Source: a virus
Lineage: Duplodnaviria; Caudoviricetes
Length of the DNA stretch: 34,973 nucleotides
Strand: one strand, 5' to 3'
Virus record (IMG/VR): IMGVR_UViG_3300022670_000534
Coordinates: 1 to 34,973 of that record
Below are positions 26,574-34,329 of the stretch, in pieces (positions within the stretch are counted from its first letter, which is position 1; each line of letters opens with the position of its first letter). The position numbers and the translations under genes are program-made. The notes under the pieces were generated by a model. That model had not been told where the DNA came from. It saw only the letters and a program-made list of their open reading frames with translations, and made no database searches.

Positions 26574-26598
26574 GTTGTTCTCCTTATGGTTAAATTAG

Positions 26599-26668
26599 TG
26601 GAGGCATTAAGCAGATTCGAACTGCTAAGGCTTGGGGTTGAAATCCCAGACTTCACCGATGTAATGCC
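26599..26668 (-). tRNA. non-canonical tRNA-like gene: no D-arm, 8-nt anticodon loop, encoded CCA
   Basis: GGCATTA/TAATGCC 7-bp acceptor, T discriminator, CCA; perfect T-arm AGCAG-TTCGAAT-CTGCT; TGGG-ATTTCAAC-CCCA arm; 70 nt. Confidence 0.75.
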
Positions 26669-26669
26669 A

Positions 26670-26894
26670 TTATTTATCCTTTGACTTGTTTTTCTTACAT
26701 TTTAGATACATATTAAGCAGATTATTAGCGATGAATGTCAAACCACCAATCATTGATATTAATAAAGCCCAATCAGGCATCCCCCAATCAGCCATGAGCC
26801 AACTATTACTTAACTCTATCACTTCGGCCTCGTCGCTGACTTTTAATCCAACGGTTGTAATTATAGAGCTAGCGCCAATTGTGTTATTTATCAT
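26670..26894 (-). CDS. holin-like membrane protein
   Basis: Hydrophobic WALLISMIGGLTFIA segment followed by a basic C-terminus (KKNKSKDK). Confidence 0.5.
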   Translation of the reverse strand: MINNTIGASSIITTVGLKVSDEAEVIELSNSWLMADWGMPDWALLISMIGGLTFIANNLLNMYLKCKKNKSKDK

Positions 26895-26918
26895 TTTTTA
26901 TGTTTACTCTTAGAAGTT

Positions 26919-27374
26919 TCATTGTGGATCTTTTTCAGAGTCCTGATAATTTTGATTATCACAATTATCGAATAAATCAATAGAAGTGTCAGCTCTATCC
27001 ATTCTTCTGAACCCATATAATAATCTCTTAATCCAAGGCGTAATGGATACAATAATTAGTAGTAATGTTAGTATTAATCCTAACACATATGAATAATTAT
27101 CTAAATTATCAAACACTAAATTAATGATTGGACTGGCATTAGCGACATAAAGAAGGGAAATTAGAGACCAAAACATAGAGAAGAATATTGATATCGCTAA
27201 GATCGAACACATACGTTGTCTTACAATATAATTAATATTACTAATACTAACCCACCAGAAGAAAAATATATCAATGTTAGCTACAAGCACTAAAGTCTGC
27301 CAATTTGCTTCTTCTAAGGCAAAAATCAAGATAATACTTGTGAGGCAGGATAAAAGAGCTATCAGTAATGCCAT
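26919..27374 (-). CDS. multi-pass membrane protein
   Basis: About four hydrophobic segments. Confidence 0.7.
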   Translation of the reverse strand: MALLIALLSCLTSIILIFALEEANWQTLVLVANIDIFFFWWVSISNINYIVRQRMCSILAISIFFSMFWSLISLLYVANASPIINLVFDNLDNYSYVLGLILTLLLIIVSITPWIKRLLYGFRRMDRADTSIDLFDNCDNQNYQDSEKDPQ

Positions 27375-27409
27375 ATTATTTCCCTTTCTTACGTTTTGGA
27401 TTTTTGGTT

Positions 27410-27616
27410 TTATTGTTCGTTCTTTTCTTCTTTTGTGGAGGTCGTTTCAATTTCTTCAATATTCCAACCATAAGTATCAATCCCTAAATTCACTGAAAAT
27501 CTAACGATTATTATAACAAAGACAATGGATAATATGAAACAAAACACATTAGCTGCTTGAGAAAAATGTTCGTGTGAATGGGTTAACATAACTATCACCA
27601 AATAGTTGATCACCAA
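27410..27616 (-). CDS. small membrane protein
   Basis: One strongly hydrophobic segment; start uncertain. Confidence 0.45.
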   Translation of the reverse strand: MVINYLVIVMLTHSHEHFSQAANVFCFILSIVFVIIIVRFSVNLGIDTYGWNIEEIETTSTKEEKNEQ

Positions 27617-27617
27617 T

Positions 27618-27669
27618 TGAATGTAGTTGCCAGGCTCATTGGTGTTTAAGCTCTTCGGCGGCTAAGCCT
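27618..27669 (-). repeat. bipartite motif copy 1 (AGGCTTAGCCGCC...AACTACATTCA)
   Basis: Matches 34330-34380 (11/13 and 11/11 nt, spacing 28 vs 27 nt). Confidence 0.6.
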
Positions 27670-27682
27670 AGGCATACTTATA

Positions 27683-27711
27683 GTTATACTCTGTTTTGCT
27701 AAAAAGGTCTA
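27683..27711 (-). promoter_or_regulatory. sigma70-like promoter, probable late promoter
   Basis: TAGACC-17 nt-TATAAC just downstream of the ninG-like gene, at the lambdoid pR' position. Confidence 0.5.
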
Positions 27712-27729
27712 TCACTATCATCTTTGTTG

Positions 27730-28140
27730 TTAACTACCTATTCGTTCTTTGTGATGCTTTATCTGTTCATTAAAGTCTTTTAGCATCTCAGTGTATTCGG
27801 CCTTATAAATCTTTTTTATTTCAGATTTGGTATCTAGCATATGCTGAACTTGTTTACGGCCATAATTATCAATCATCCATAACATGTATTGCTGCGCCGC
27901 TATTCCGTATTTCATGCCAAAGCCATTACACCCTTTGCATTGAGGGGCTAAATTAACTAGCTCTAAGGCCCACCTTGAGCTAGTTCCCTTTGGTATAAAA
28001 TGACCTCCGTCACCGTCTTTGTAGTGAAACCGATCGCCGCATGAGACACACGTACAATATCCGTTGCCATCCGCCGCTGATACCCTGGCCAGCAATTGAA
28101 TAGCCTTTAAACATTTACTGCGAAGGGTTGCTTTAGCCAT
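27730..28140 (-). CDS. ninG: NinG/Rap-like recombination endonuclease
   Basis: CTCVSCG, DGGHFI and NLAPQCKGCN; start placed at MAKATLR after a GAGG SD. Confidence 0.8.
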   Translation of the reverse strand: MAKATLRSKCLKAIQLLARVSAADGNGYCTCVSCGDRFHYKDGDGGHFIPKGTSSRWALELVNLAPQCKGCNGFGMKYGIAAQQYMLWMIDNYGRKQVQHMLDTKSEIKKIYKAEYTEMLKDFNEQIKHHKERIGS

Positions 28141-28525
28141 TATCATGCGCCTCAATAATCGCCAACAGAACGGCGCGGGGCAATCCATCTGAACTATCGA
28201 ATACCGATGAGTAAGTTCCTATTAACGCACTCGTTTCCGCATCCAAGGGCCATATTTCAATAATCCCATATTCAGCAGTCTCAAACTCAATACAGACCTG
28301 ATATTTAACCATTAAATCCCACAATAGAGTTTTATCTGATATTGATAAGGGATTATATTCGTCGTAATGCGCCGAATAACAACCATCTTTCCCGTGACGC
28401 TCAATAAGGATGTGGGCAGTTTTTGGGAATAAATGCCATTTCTTATAATCATCATCTGGCGCTGGCTTATGACCCTCAATCTCAGCAATTTTTTTACAAA
28501 TCTCTAAATCAGTTAGTTCATTCAC
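28133..28525 (-). CDS. NinX/DUF2591-like protein
   Basis: LTDLEI...IAEIEG, YNP, LMVKY and PRAVLLAII pattern. Confidence 0.55.
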   Translation of the reverse strand: MNELTDLEICKKIAEIEGHKPAPDDDYKKWHLFPKTAHILIERHGKDGCYSAHYDEYNPLSISDKTLLWDLMVKYQVCIEFETAEYGIIEIWPLDAETSALIGTYSSVFDSSDGLPRAVLLAIIEAHDNG

Positions 28526-29004
28526 TTGTTTTGCTCCTGTTCTAATTTATCGTATTCAGACCCACGAGGCTTAAATAGTATTATTCCTCGCTCAGTGGCC
28601 CAAATTTCGTGTTTAAATAGCGCATTAAACCTTTCACCTTTGGTTGCCGCTCTCATCCCATCGTGGTCTTTTTTGGCCCAACTAAGGCGAATACCAGCAG
28701 CATCAACTCCAAGATGCTGACAAGTAAATAGTTCATGCGCATCACCCTTATTAAACGGACGCTTACCATAATGACCACCATCAAACTTAAGCATTAATGG
28801 CATAATGCAACCATTAGCTGCCATATAATCGGCTGTCGTACTCATCCATGAGCGCCAAAGCCTAGCCATTCCCCATTTACCAATACTGGCATTTTGAGTT
28901 GTTACAATAATGACAGGATGTTCTTTGAGTTCATTCTGAACTTCTTTAAAAAACCCTTCTATATTATGATTGGTTAATTGATAATCCTTCACTCTGATGG
29001 CCAT
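28522..29004 (-). CDS. NinB-like protein
   Basis: LWRSWM, AHELF, ATKGE and WATERGIIL pattern; nin-region synteny. Confidence 0.55.
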   Translation of the reverse strand: MAIRVKDYQLTNHNIEGFFKEVQNELKEHPVIIVTTQNASIGKWGMARLWRSWMSTTADYMAANGCIMPLMLKFDGGHYGKRPFNKGDAHELFTCQHLGVDAAGIRLSWAKKDHDGMRAATKGERFNALFKHEIWATERGIILFKPRGSEYDKLEQEQNK

Positions 29005-29201
29005 GAAAAATTTTTGGATTTTAATTCTTTAATTTTACGCTGTAGACGAATTATTTCCTTCTCGCGCTCAGTCCCAAAATCAACCAATAAATTATGTTGT
29101 GCCGATTGAAAGTTAAGCATGGCTTGGTTTTGTTCAACAAGTTCCTCAAGTAATGCCACCTGATGCAACAGTGAATTCATTTTTTCCTTAAATCTAGTCA
29201 T
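28989..29201 (-). CDS. coiled-coil hypothetical protein
   Basis: Overlapping starts and stops with neighbours. Confidence 0.6.
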   Translation of the reverse strand: MTRFKEKMNSLLHQVALLEELVEQNQAMLNFQSAQHNLLVDFGTEREKEIIRLQRKIKELKSKNFSWPSE

Positions 29202-29397
29202 CGTCTATCTCCCAAGCGTCCGTATTAAGTTCTTCAGCAAGTTTCTTTTGCTCTTGTTTCTCATCATAGGCATCATGAGCACGTTTTAATCGCTTACTTA
29301 CCAAAGCTTCATTTGTGTTTAATCGTCCACTCGACCAAGGACTTGTTGGTCTAACATCAGCATCGTCTGCTTTTTCATTGTATTTTCTATATTGCAT
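29194..29397 (-). CDS. hypothetical protein
   Basis: AAGGT SD; co-oriented. Confidence 0.6.
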   Translation of the reverse strand: MQYRKYNEKADDADVRPTSPWSSGRLNTNEALVSKRLKRAHDAYDEKQEQKKLAEELNTDAWEIDDD

Positions 29398-29415
29398 ATC
29401 ATTTACCTTTACTTG

Positions 29416-30171
29416 TCATAAAAATTCATGTTTTAAAATTGCTTCGCCTATCATTTTCGGTATTGCGGGTAATAATGAATTACCATATTGTTTTACTGCT
29501 CTACGTGCCAGCCTTGTGGGTATCCCATCACCCAACAATAGACTGAGGCAGTTTGTTTGCCATTCATTCCCGACATGTATGATTCTGTCGCCAAACTTGG
29601 CGTATGCCGTTCTTTTGACGCGTTGTAGGCTGAACCCTTCAAAGATACATCTTTGTGGTCTCTGGCATTTGGGGTAGGCAATAACCCAGACCCTATCTCT
29701 GTGATGGGGCGCGCCAAGTTCGGAAGCTGATATACAATGCCATTCTGCATCATACCCGACCTCGGCCAAGTTATAGAGAAACTGAGCAAACCATCGTCCT
29801 GATTCTCCAGTAAGCAAACCTGTGACATTTTCAAAGATTGCGTATCGTGGCAAACACTCGCTAATAATACGCAGCATTTGCCTGTATAAATTAGTTTTTT
29901 CTCCTTCGATACCACACCTATATCCCGCGACTGACACGTTTTGACAGGGGAATCCTCCACAAACAACGTCAATTGATCCTTTATATTTTTTTGCATCTAA
30001 AAGTCTCACATCTTTATATATTAATTTTTCGGGCCAGTGTTTTTTCAATACTTCCCTGGCATGCTTATCGAATTCACAAAAAGCGACTGTTTCAAACCCA
30101 TTGGTACTTTCTAGACCTAAACTAAACCCACCTATACCAGAAAATAAATCCAAAACTTTTAATTTATTCAT
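29416..30171 (-). CDS. C5-cytosine DNA methyltransferase, large (alpha) subunit
   Basis: Motif I LDLFSGIGG, IV GGFPCQ, VI FENV, VIII PHHRDRVW, X YGNS; no motif IX. Confidence 0.92.
   Translation of the reverse strand: MNKLKVLDLFSGIGGFSLGLESTNGFETVAFCEFDKHAREVLKKHWPEKLIYKDVRLLDAKKYKGSIDVVCGGFPCQNVSVAGYRCGIEGEKTNLYRQMLRIISECLPRYAIFENVTGLLTGESGRWFAQFLYNLAEVGYDAEWHCISASELGAPHHRDRVWVIAYPKCQRPQRCIFEGFSLQRVKRTAYAKFGDRIIHVGNEWQTNCLSLLLGDGIPTRLARRAVKQYGNSLLPAIPKMIGEAILKHEFL
29493..29996 (-). CDS. nested alternative-frame C5 methyltransferase small (beta) subunit
   Basis: 167-aa ORF wholly inside the MTase gene; LLPTPNARD and motif-IX-like CWVMGYPQGW. Confidence 0.7.
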   Translation of the reverse strand: MQKNIKDQLTLFVEDSPVKTCQSRDIGVVSKEKKLIYTGKCCVLLASVCHDTQSLKMSQVCLLENQDDGLLSFSITWPRSGMMQNGIVYQLPNLARPITEIGSGLLPTPNARDHKDVSLKGSAYNASKERHTPSLATESYMSGMNGKQTASVYCWVMGYPQGWHVEQ

Positions 30172-30572
30172 TAAAAAGTTATATCACATTGCCTAAAATA
30201 TAGTTCTATTGCTAATTTTTTAACTTGATCCTTTGTAGGATTCAGAAATCCCTTTTGATAATTTATACCCTTAAGAAAACCAATAACCTGACCAGCATGG
30301 AAAATTTTCAACTCAAGATAGAAAGCATCAAATGTCTTTAATTTAACTGCATAATTCTTAGCTTGTTCTGGCATGCCGCCATTTATTGCCAGTAACCTAC
30401 AGTACGTAATTTGAGATATCAGAAATTCATTTTTGTCGATTTCTCGTTTAACCTGATTATTATCAGGGGGAGTAATACTTGCGCCAGCAGGAAGTAAAAC
30501 AGCCACAACCGCGCAAATAAGCGCTAACATAATTAATGTGGATAGCCATGATGGGTCTCTTGGTTTACTCAT
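30171..30572 (-). CDS. exported/membrane-anchored hypothetical protein
   Basis: AAGGAG SD before MSKPRDPSW; hydrophobic N-terminal segment. Confidence 0.65.
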   Translation of the reverse strand: MSKPRDPSWLSTLIMLALICAVVAVLLPAGASITPPDNNQVKREIDKNEFLISQITYCRLLAINGGMPEQAKNYAVKLKTFDAFYLELKIFHAGQVIGFLKGINYQKGFLNPTKDQVKKLAIELYFRQCDITF

Positions 30573-30846
30573 TGATATACTCCTTAATTTTCTCTTGTTC
30601 AAAATCATCTTCGAATTCTTCTCCGTCGATGCGCAATAAATTAGCTTCTGGAGCGAAATAACCAAATCCTTCTGTTGTTTTATTTTTGTGAATTTGGGTA
30701 TATTTTATCTGGCGATCAACTTCCCATAAATCGTTATTGTAATGGATAGAATTTCTGCCGATAAATTTACCAACAGTGACTATACCTGAATTTCCCAGCT
30801 GGCTATTAATTATTAATGCCAGACAGCCTTCTTCTATTGGTTTCAT
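30565..30846 (-). CDS. hypothetical phage protein (SH3-like pattern)
   Basis: GCLALII...VTVGKFIG...NLLRID pattern. Confidence 0.65.
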   Translation of the reverse strand: MKPIEEGCLALIINSQLGNSGIVTVGKFIGRNSIHYNNDLWEVDRQIKYTQIHKNKTTEGFGYFAPEANLLRIDGEEFEDDFEQEKIKEYINE

Positions 30847-30974
30847 TTGGCAATGCTCCTCAGTTGTTTATTTAGTCTTAAAATAGCATCTTGCTCTCGC
30901 GACTTTTTCGTCGATATAATCACTACCACATATTTCGAATGAACAAATGATGGCGTTGCTGTACTGATTTTCAT
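30843..30974 (-). CDS. 43-aa hypothetical protein (not in ORF track)
   Basis: ATGA overlaps at both ends. Confidence 0.45.
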   Translation of the reverse strand: MKISTATPSFVHSKYVVVIISTKKSREQDAILRLNKQLRSIAK

Positions 30975-31282
30975 TTGGCTTTGTCCCTTAGTTGTTGTGC
31001 GTATTTAAAACCATCCTGCGGTATTCCTCGACCATCCCCTACCAAAAACCCGTAGGTTAGACTTGCAGTGAATTTATCGATAGCGTCAGCCCTAACATCA
31101 GCAAGGCATTGTTCTTTGGTTTTGTTTATCACTTCAAAAAGTCTATCCAAGCCACAGCTATATTCAAAGCCACGGTTTGAATCTAATAAGTCTAGATTTC
31201 GTTTTTGTATCAAACTGAGTTATGACTTCAACGCCTTGTTTTCTTCTACTAACGCTTCGACTATCTTTTGTTCTACACTCAT
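30971..31282 (-). pseudogene. gene interrupted by an in-frame TAA at 31220-31222
   Basis: SD-led ATG at 31282 gives MSVEQKIVEALVEENKALKS*LSLIQKRNLDLL..., in frame with the 80-aa ORF. Confidence 0.55.
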
Positions 31283-31647
31283 GATTTATTCCTTGTTAGG
31301 TGTTTTAAGGATTTCTCCACGGCAAGATTTAAGAGTTCAAGGCATTCTGTTAAATTTTTAATATGTGCGGCCTGTGCCTTAATTTCTTCAGCCTGATCCG
31401 TTATTTCATCGCGTTGTGACTTAATGCATTCCATCGAGTTTTTTCGCAATTCGTCAAGGTCAGCTATGCGCTCTTGATTGGCATCGTATGCATTGATTGC
31501 TGTTGCCATGTGTTGCGCTGCATTTGGTATACCAGAAAAGGAAGTGATCATAATATTTCTACTGCTTAATAAAATTCTAGCGTCACCATTGATTAGTTTT
31601 GCCTTTGTGGGCAATTCAAACACATCACTCATTTTAATATCACTCAT
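31279..31647 (-). CDS. hypothetical protein with C-terminal coiled coil
   Basis: MSDVF-x-LP and AINAYD pattern; heptad repeats. Confidence 0.7.
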   Translation of the reverse strand: MSDIKMSDVFELPTKAKLINGDARILLSSRNIMITSFSGIPNAAQHMATAINAYDANQERIADLDELRKNSMECIKSQRDEITDQAEEIKAQAAHIKNLTECLELLNLAVEKSLKHLTRNKS

Positions 31648-31651
31648 ATTA

Positions 31652-32032
31652 TTACGCTCTTTTTACGCGACGATAACGACGCTTTAGGTTAATTGATTCT
31701 TCGACTTGCTGAAGATGATCTGGATTACAGCAACGACGATTCTCACATAAATGATCAATCACATATTTTATCTTTCGTCCGACTTTGAATTCTTTTCCTG
31801 ACAGTTTATACATATGAACATGAGACATGATCCTTTCACCATTAACCCATAGTCTCCCATATCCATTACGGTTTATCTCTCCCTGCCATTCCCAGCATAA
31901 AGTTAGCGCACCAGTATTTTTATAGAGAATCTTGGATGTTATATATCCAGGTAAATTTGAAATCTGAGCCACATCACTGATGGATGAGCACAATTTAGCC
32001 AATGTTGTTATTGCTGCGACTGATTTATTCAT
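31652..32032 (-). CDS. HNH endonuclease (His-Cys box type)
   Basis: CWEWQG, GYG and IDHLCENRRCCNPDHL...N. Confidence 0.88.
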   Translation of the reverse strand: MNKSVAAITTLAKLCSSISDVAQISNLPGYITSKILYKNTGALTLCWEWQGEINRNGYGRLWVNGERIMSHVHMYKLSGKEFKVGRKIKYVIDHLCENRRCCNPDHLQQVEESINLKRRYRRVKRA

Positions 32033-32035
32033 TAG

Positions 32036-32386
32036 TTATTCCTTATTGTCGCTTAATGACATGCTCATCTTTATACCCATTACTACAGTAGGTAAAATAC
32101 TCTTAATTTTATTTTTAGTTGATGGTTTAGTGTTTTTTGCTGCCTTTAAGTTATCTTCATGTTTGCACATTAAACAAGTTCGGCCGGTTCTATAGCGCGG
32201 TGAAATGTGACCTCTGATACAAGGACTACCATTGTAATAATATAAAGAATCAGTGGCGTAAGCTTCATCTCGCGTTGAAGGTAAATTTTTTACTTGTTCG
32301 TCGGTTAAATCTCTCCATGCTGCTTTAGGTCTTAACGGGCGATTATTTTTATCAGCCATGTTAATAGCTCGACTCACTGGCTTCAT
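32036..32386 (-). CDS. Zn-finger DNA-binding-type protein
   Basis: TRDEA...YYNGSPCIRGH...R...TCLMC, a module usually fused to HNH nucleases. Confidence 0.65.
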   Translation of the reverse strand: MKPVSRAINMADKNNRPLRPKAAWRDLTDEQVKNLPSTRDEAYATDSLYYYNGSPCIRGHISPRYRTGRTCLMCKHEDNLKAAKNTKPSTKNKIKSILPTVVMGIKMSMSLSDNKE

Positions 32387-32771
32387 TGAGTATTTTTACC
32401 GCAATAGCTTTCCTAAATTCATTTAGATAATAGGTAGGCCGTCCGCGATCAAGTTCGGTCATCGGACATAAATAGAATTGAGATAATACATCAAATTGCT
32501 CGGACCAGTCTTTAGTAGTCCATCTGGTCATTAGAGCATGCTTACGAATTAAATCTAGGTTGTTATTGATTGCCATCGTTATCTCGGCCCAATAACGATA
32601 GTCCTGTCTAGAGTGATAACTACAGGTATTCTGACCACCAAAATCGATAGTGGCAACGAGGGGACAACTGCTACAGCAGCAAGTTCTGGTGTGTTGGTTT
32701 GATATTGCTTTGTCCTGGCCTCTAGCTTTTAAGTTTTTGACCAGAAAATCGGAATAGCTATTTTTGTTCAT
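32361..32771 (-). CDS. Cys-rich hypothetical protein
   Basis: CCCSSCP...CSYH putative Zn site; follows the replication-type gene. Confidence 0.65.
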   Translation of the reverse strand: MNKNSYSDFLVKNLKARGQDKAISNQHTRTCCCSSCPLVATIDFGGQNTCSYHSRQDYRYWAEITMAINNNLDLIRKHALMTRWTTKDWSEQFDVLSQFYLCPMTELDRGRPTYYLNEFRKAIAVKILNEASESSY

Positions 32772-33319
32772 GATGCAAACCCGATGTTTTGCAGCGCGTC
32801 TTTTGCTGCTTGTTTTGAAATGTGACCAACTTTAAGCGCTCTGTCTAATTCTTCCTGAACTTGGCTAGGGATTTGGCTTATCGAAGTTATCTCGCCACGC
32901 TGTATTTTTCCCATAACATTATTAATTGATATGTCGTCGTCTTTAACTTCTTCTTCAAAATTATCTAGAATCCATGATGCTTTGAGACCTTGCCAGCCGT
33001 TAGATGTTATTGCTTCACATGCCTGATTAATAGTTATACCACTATCGTATAATATTTGCATTTGTGGCTGAACTTGTTTAATCCATGCTTGAGTCATGAT
33101 GCAGCCGGTTTTAGCTTTTCGGGATTTGATTAGTTCAGAAAAAAGTGCTTGATCTGGTATTTCAGGCCATGAGCTAAAATCATAGCCATCAAAACCCTTA
33201 TCAGGCTCCACAACTGGCGGTTCTATCTGTTGAATGGCCCAAGTGCATGCATCTCTATCTGTTTTAGATAGGTGAGTGCATTGAGATAGCAGGGTGAGGC
33301 GTTTTATTTCTTTATGCAT
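32768..33319 (-). CDS. replication initiator C-terminal-like protein
   Basis: RK-x-K...MT...NGWQG pattern resembles the C-terminal domain of phage replisome organizers. Confidence 0.45.
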   Translation of the reverse strand: MHKEIKRLTLLSQCTHLSKTDRDACTWAIQQIEPPVVEPDKGFDGYDFSSWPEIPDQALFSELIKSRKAKTGCIMTQAWIKQVQPQMQILYDSGITINQACEAITSNGWQGLKASWILDNFEEEVKDDDISINNVMGKIQRGEITSISQIPSQVQEELDRALKVGHISKQAAKDALQNIGFAS

Positions 33320-33857
33320 GATTTATGCGCTCTAATATTTCTTCGAATGAAATTGGCTTATAATCTGTATGTTCAACGCAAGCGTTGAAGTACATGTGAT
33401 CGTCAATCATCGTCACATATATACAATCTGTAGCTATTGTATTCATTTTTCTTATTTTCTTATCATGCAAGTGACCATGAATATTTAATTCTTTACCCCT
33501 GAATTCACCATAATGTATCGGGCAATGACTGAACCAGCAATTACGCTTGCTGAATAACGAGTGAATAGCGTCATATGCACCTGAATTAACGATATCAACG
33601 ATACTTAACCGCTCAGTGTCGTGATTGCCTAATATTAGTGTTTTCTTACGACATTTGACCTCTGATAGACGATTTAGCCAATGATCATCAAAAGCAATAT
33701 CACCAAGAAAAAACACAGAATCAGACTTTTTAATGTTCGATGCGAAATTATCAAACACTACTTCATGATGTTCCTCTGCTGTTGAGAATTGATCACGAAA
33801 CTTGTGAATATTTTTATGACCTAGATGCAAATCTGATGTCATCATTAATCTGCTCAT
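33312..33857 (-). CDS. calcineurin-like metallophosphoesterase
   Basis: SDLHLGH, LGD, GNHD, SHCP and HGHLH motifs. Confidence 0.9.
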   Translation of the reverse strand: MSRLMMTSDLHLGHKNIHKFRDQFSTAEEHHEVVFDNFASNIKKSDSVFFLGDIAFDDHWLNRLSEVKCRKKTLILGNHDTERLSIVDIVNSGAYDAIHSLFSKRNCWFSHCPIHYGEFRGKELNIHGHLHDKKIRKMNTIATDCIYVTMIDDHMYFNACVEHTDYKPISFEEILERINHA

Positions 33858-34166
33858 GTTTATTACCTATATGACTTTGGTGAATTGTTGAGTAAAAGGT
33901 AAAAGAACCCCAAACCCAAAAATAAACAGGTTTAGATCCTTTACCTCAATGTTATGACTTCGGAGCCATCGCATCGCATCGGTAATCTATTATTATCAAA
34001 GTTAAATAGATTCACCATCATTCCACTCTTTGAAGCGTCCAGCCCTCTATAACGGCTTTAGAACTCAGTTTCAGTATGGGCGATCATTGTACTGATTTAA
34101 GCAATAACCCAATCGAGGTTCCCGAAGGTAGACGTATAAACTATTGCCGAGTGGCGTGAGGGTAAA

Positions 34167-34304
34167 CCTGTATATAAGAATGAGCTAGTGATTGGAATCG
34201 AACCAATGTGAATCACGTTTAGACTTCACCCTTTTAATTGCTGTTGCTGCAATCGTTAATCAACGATTTTAACAATTAACATCTAGCTCACTCATATATA
34301 CAGG
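34167..34304 (-). ncRNA. structured RNA with tRNA-like T-arm
   Basis: Outer CCTGTATATA/TATATACAGG, TGAGCTAG/CTAGCTCA, T-arm ATTGG-TTCGATT-CCAAT, inner TTAATTG/CAATTAA and AATCGTT/AACGATT. Confidence 0.65.
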
Positions 34305-34329
34305 CTTTAACTACTTGAAAGGGTGTGTC

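Noticed and set aside
26599-26668. Interpretation as canonical tRNA-Sec or tRNA-Glu
   Set aside because: It lacks the long variable arm, D-arm and extended acceptor of tRNA-Sec; 7-nt loop registers leave at most three good anticodon-stem pairs.
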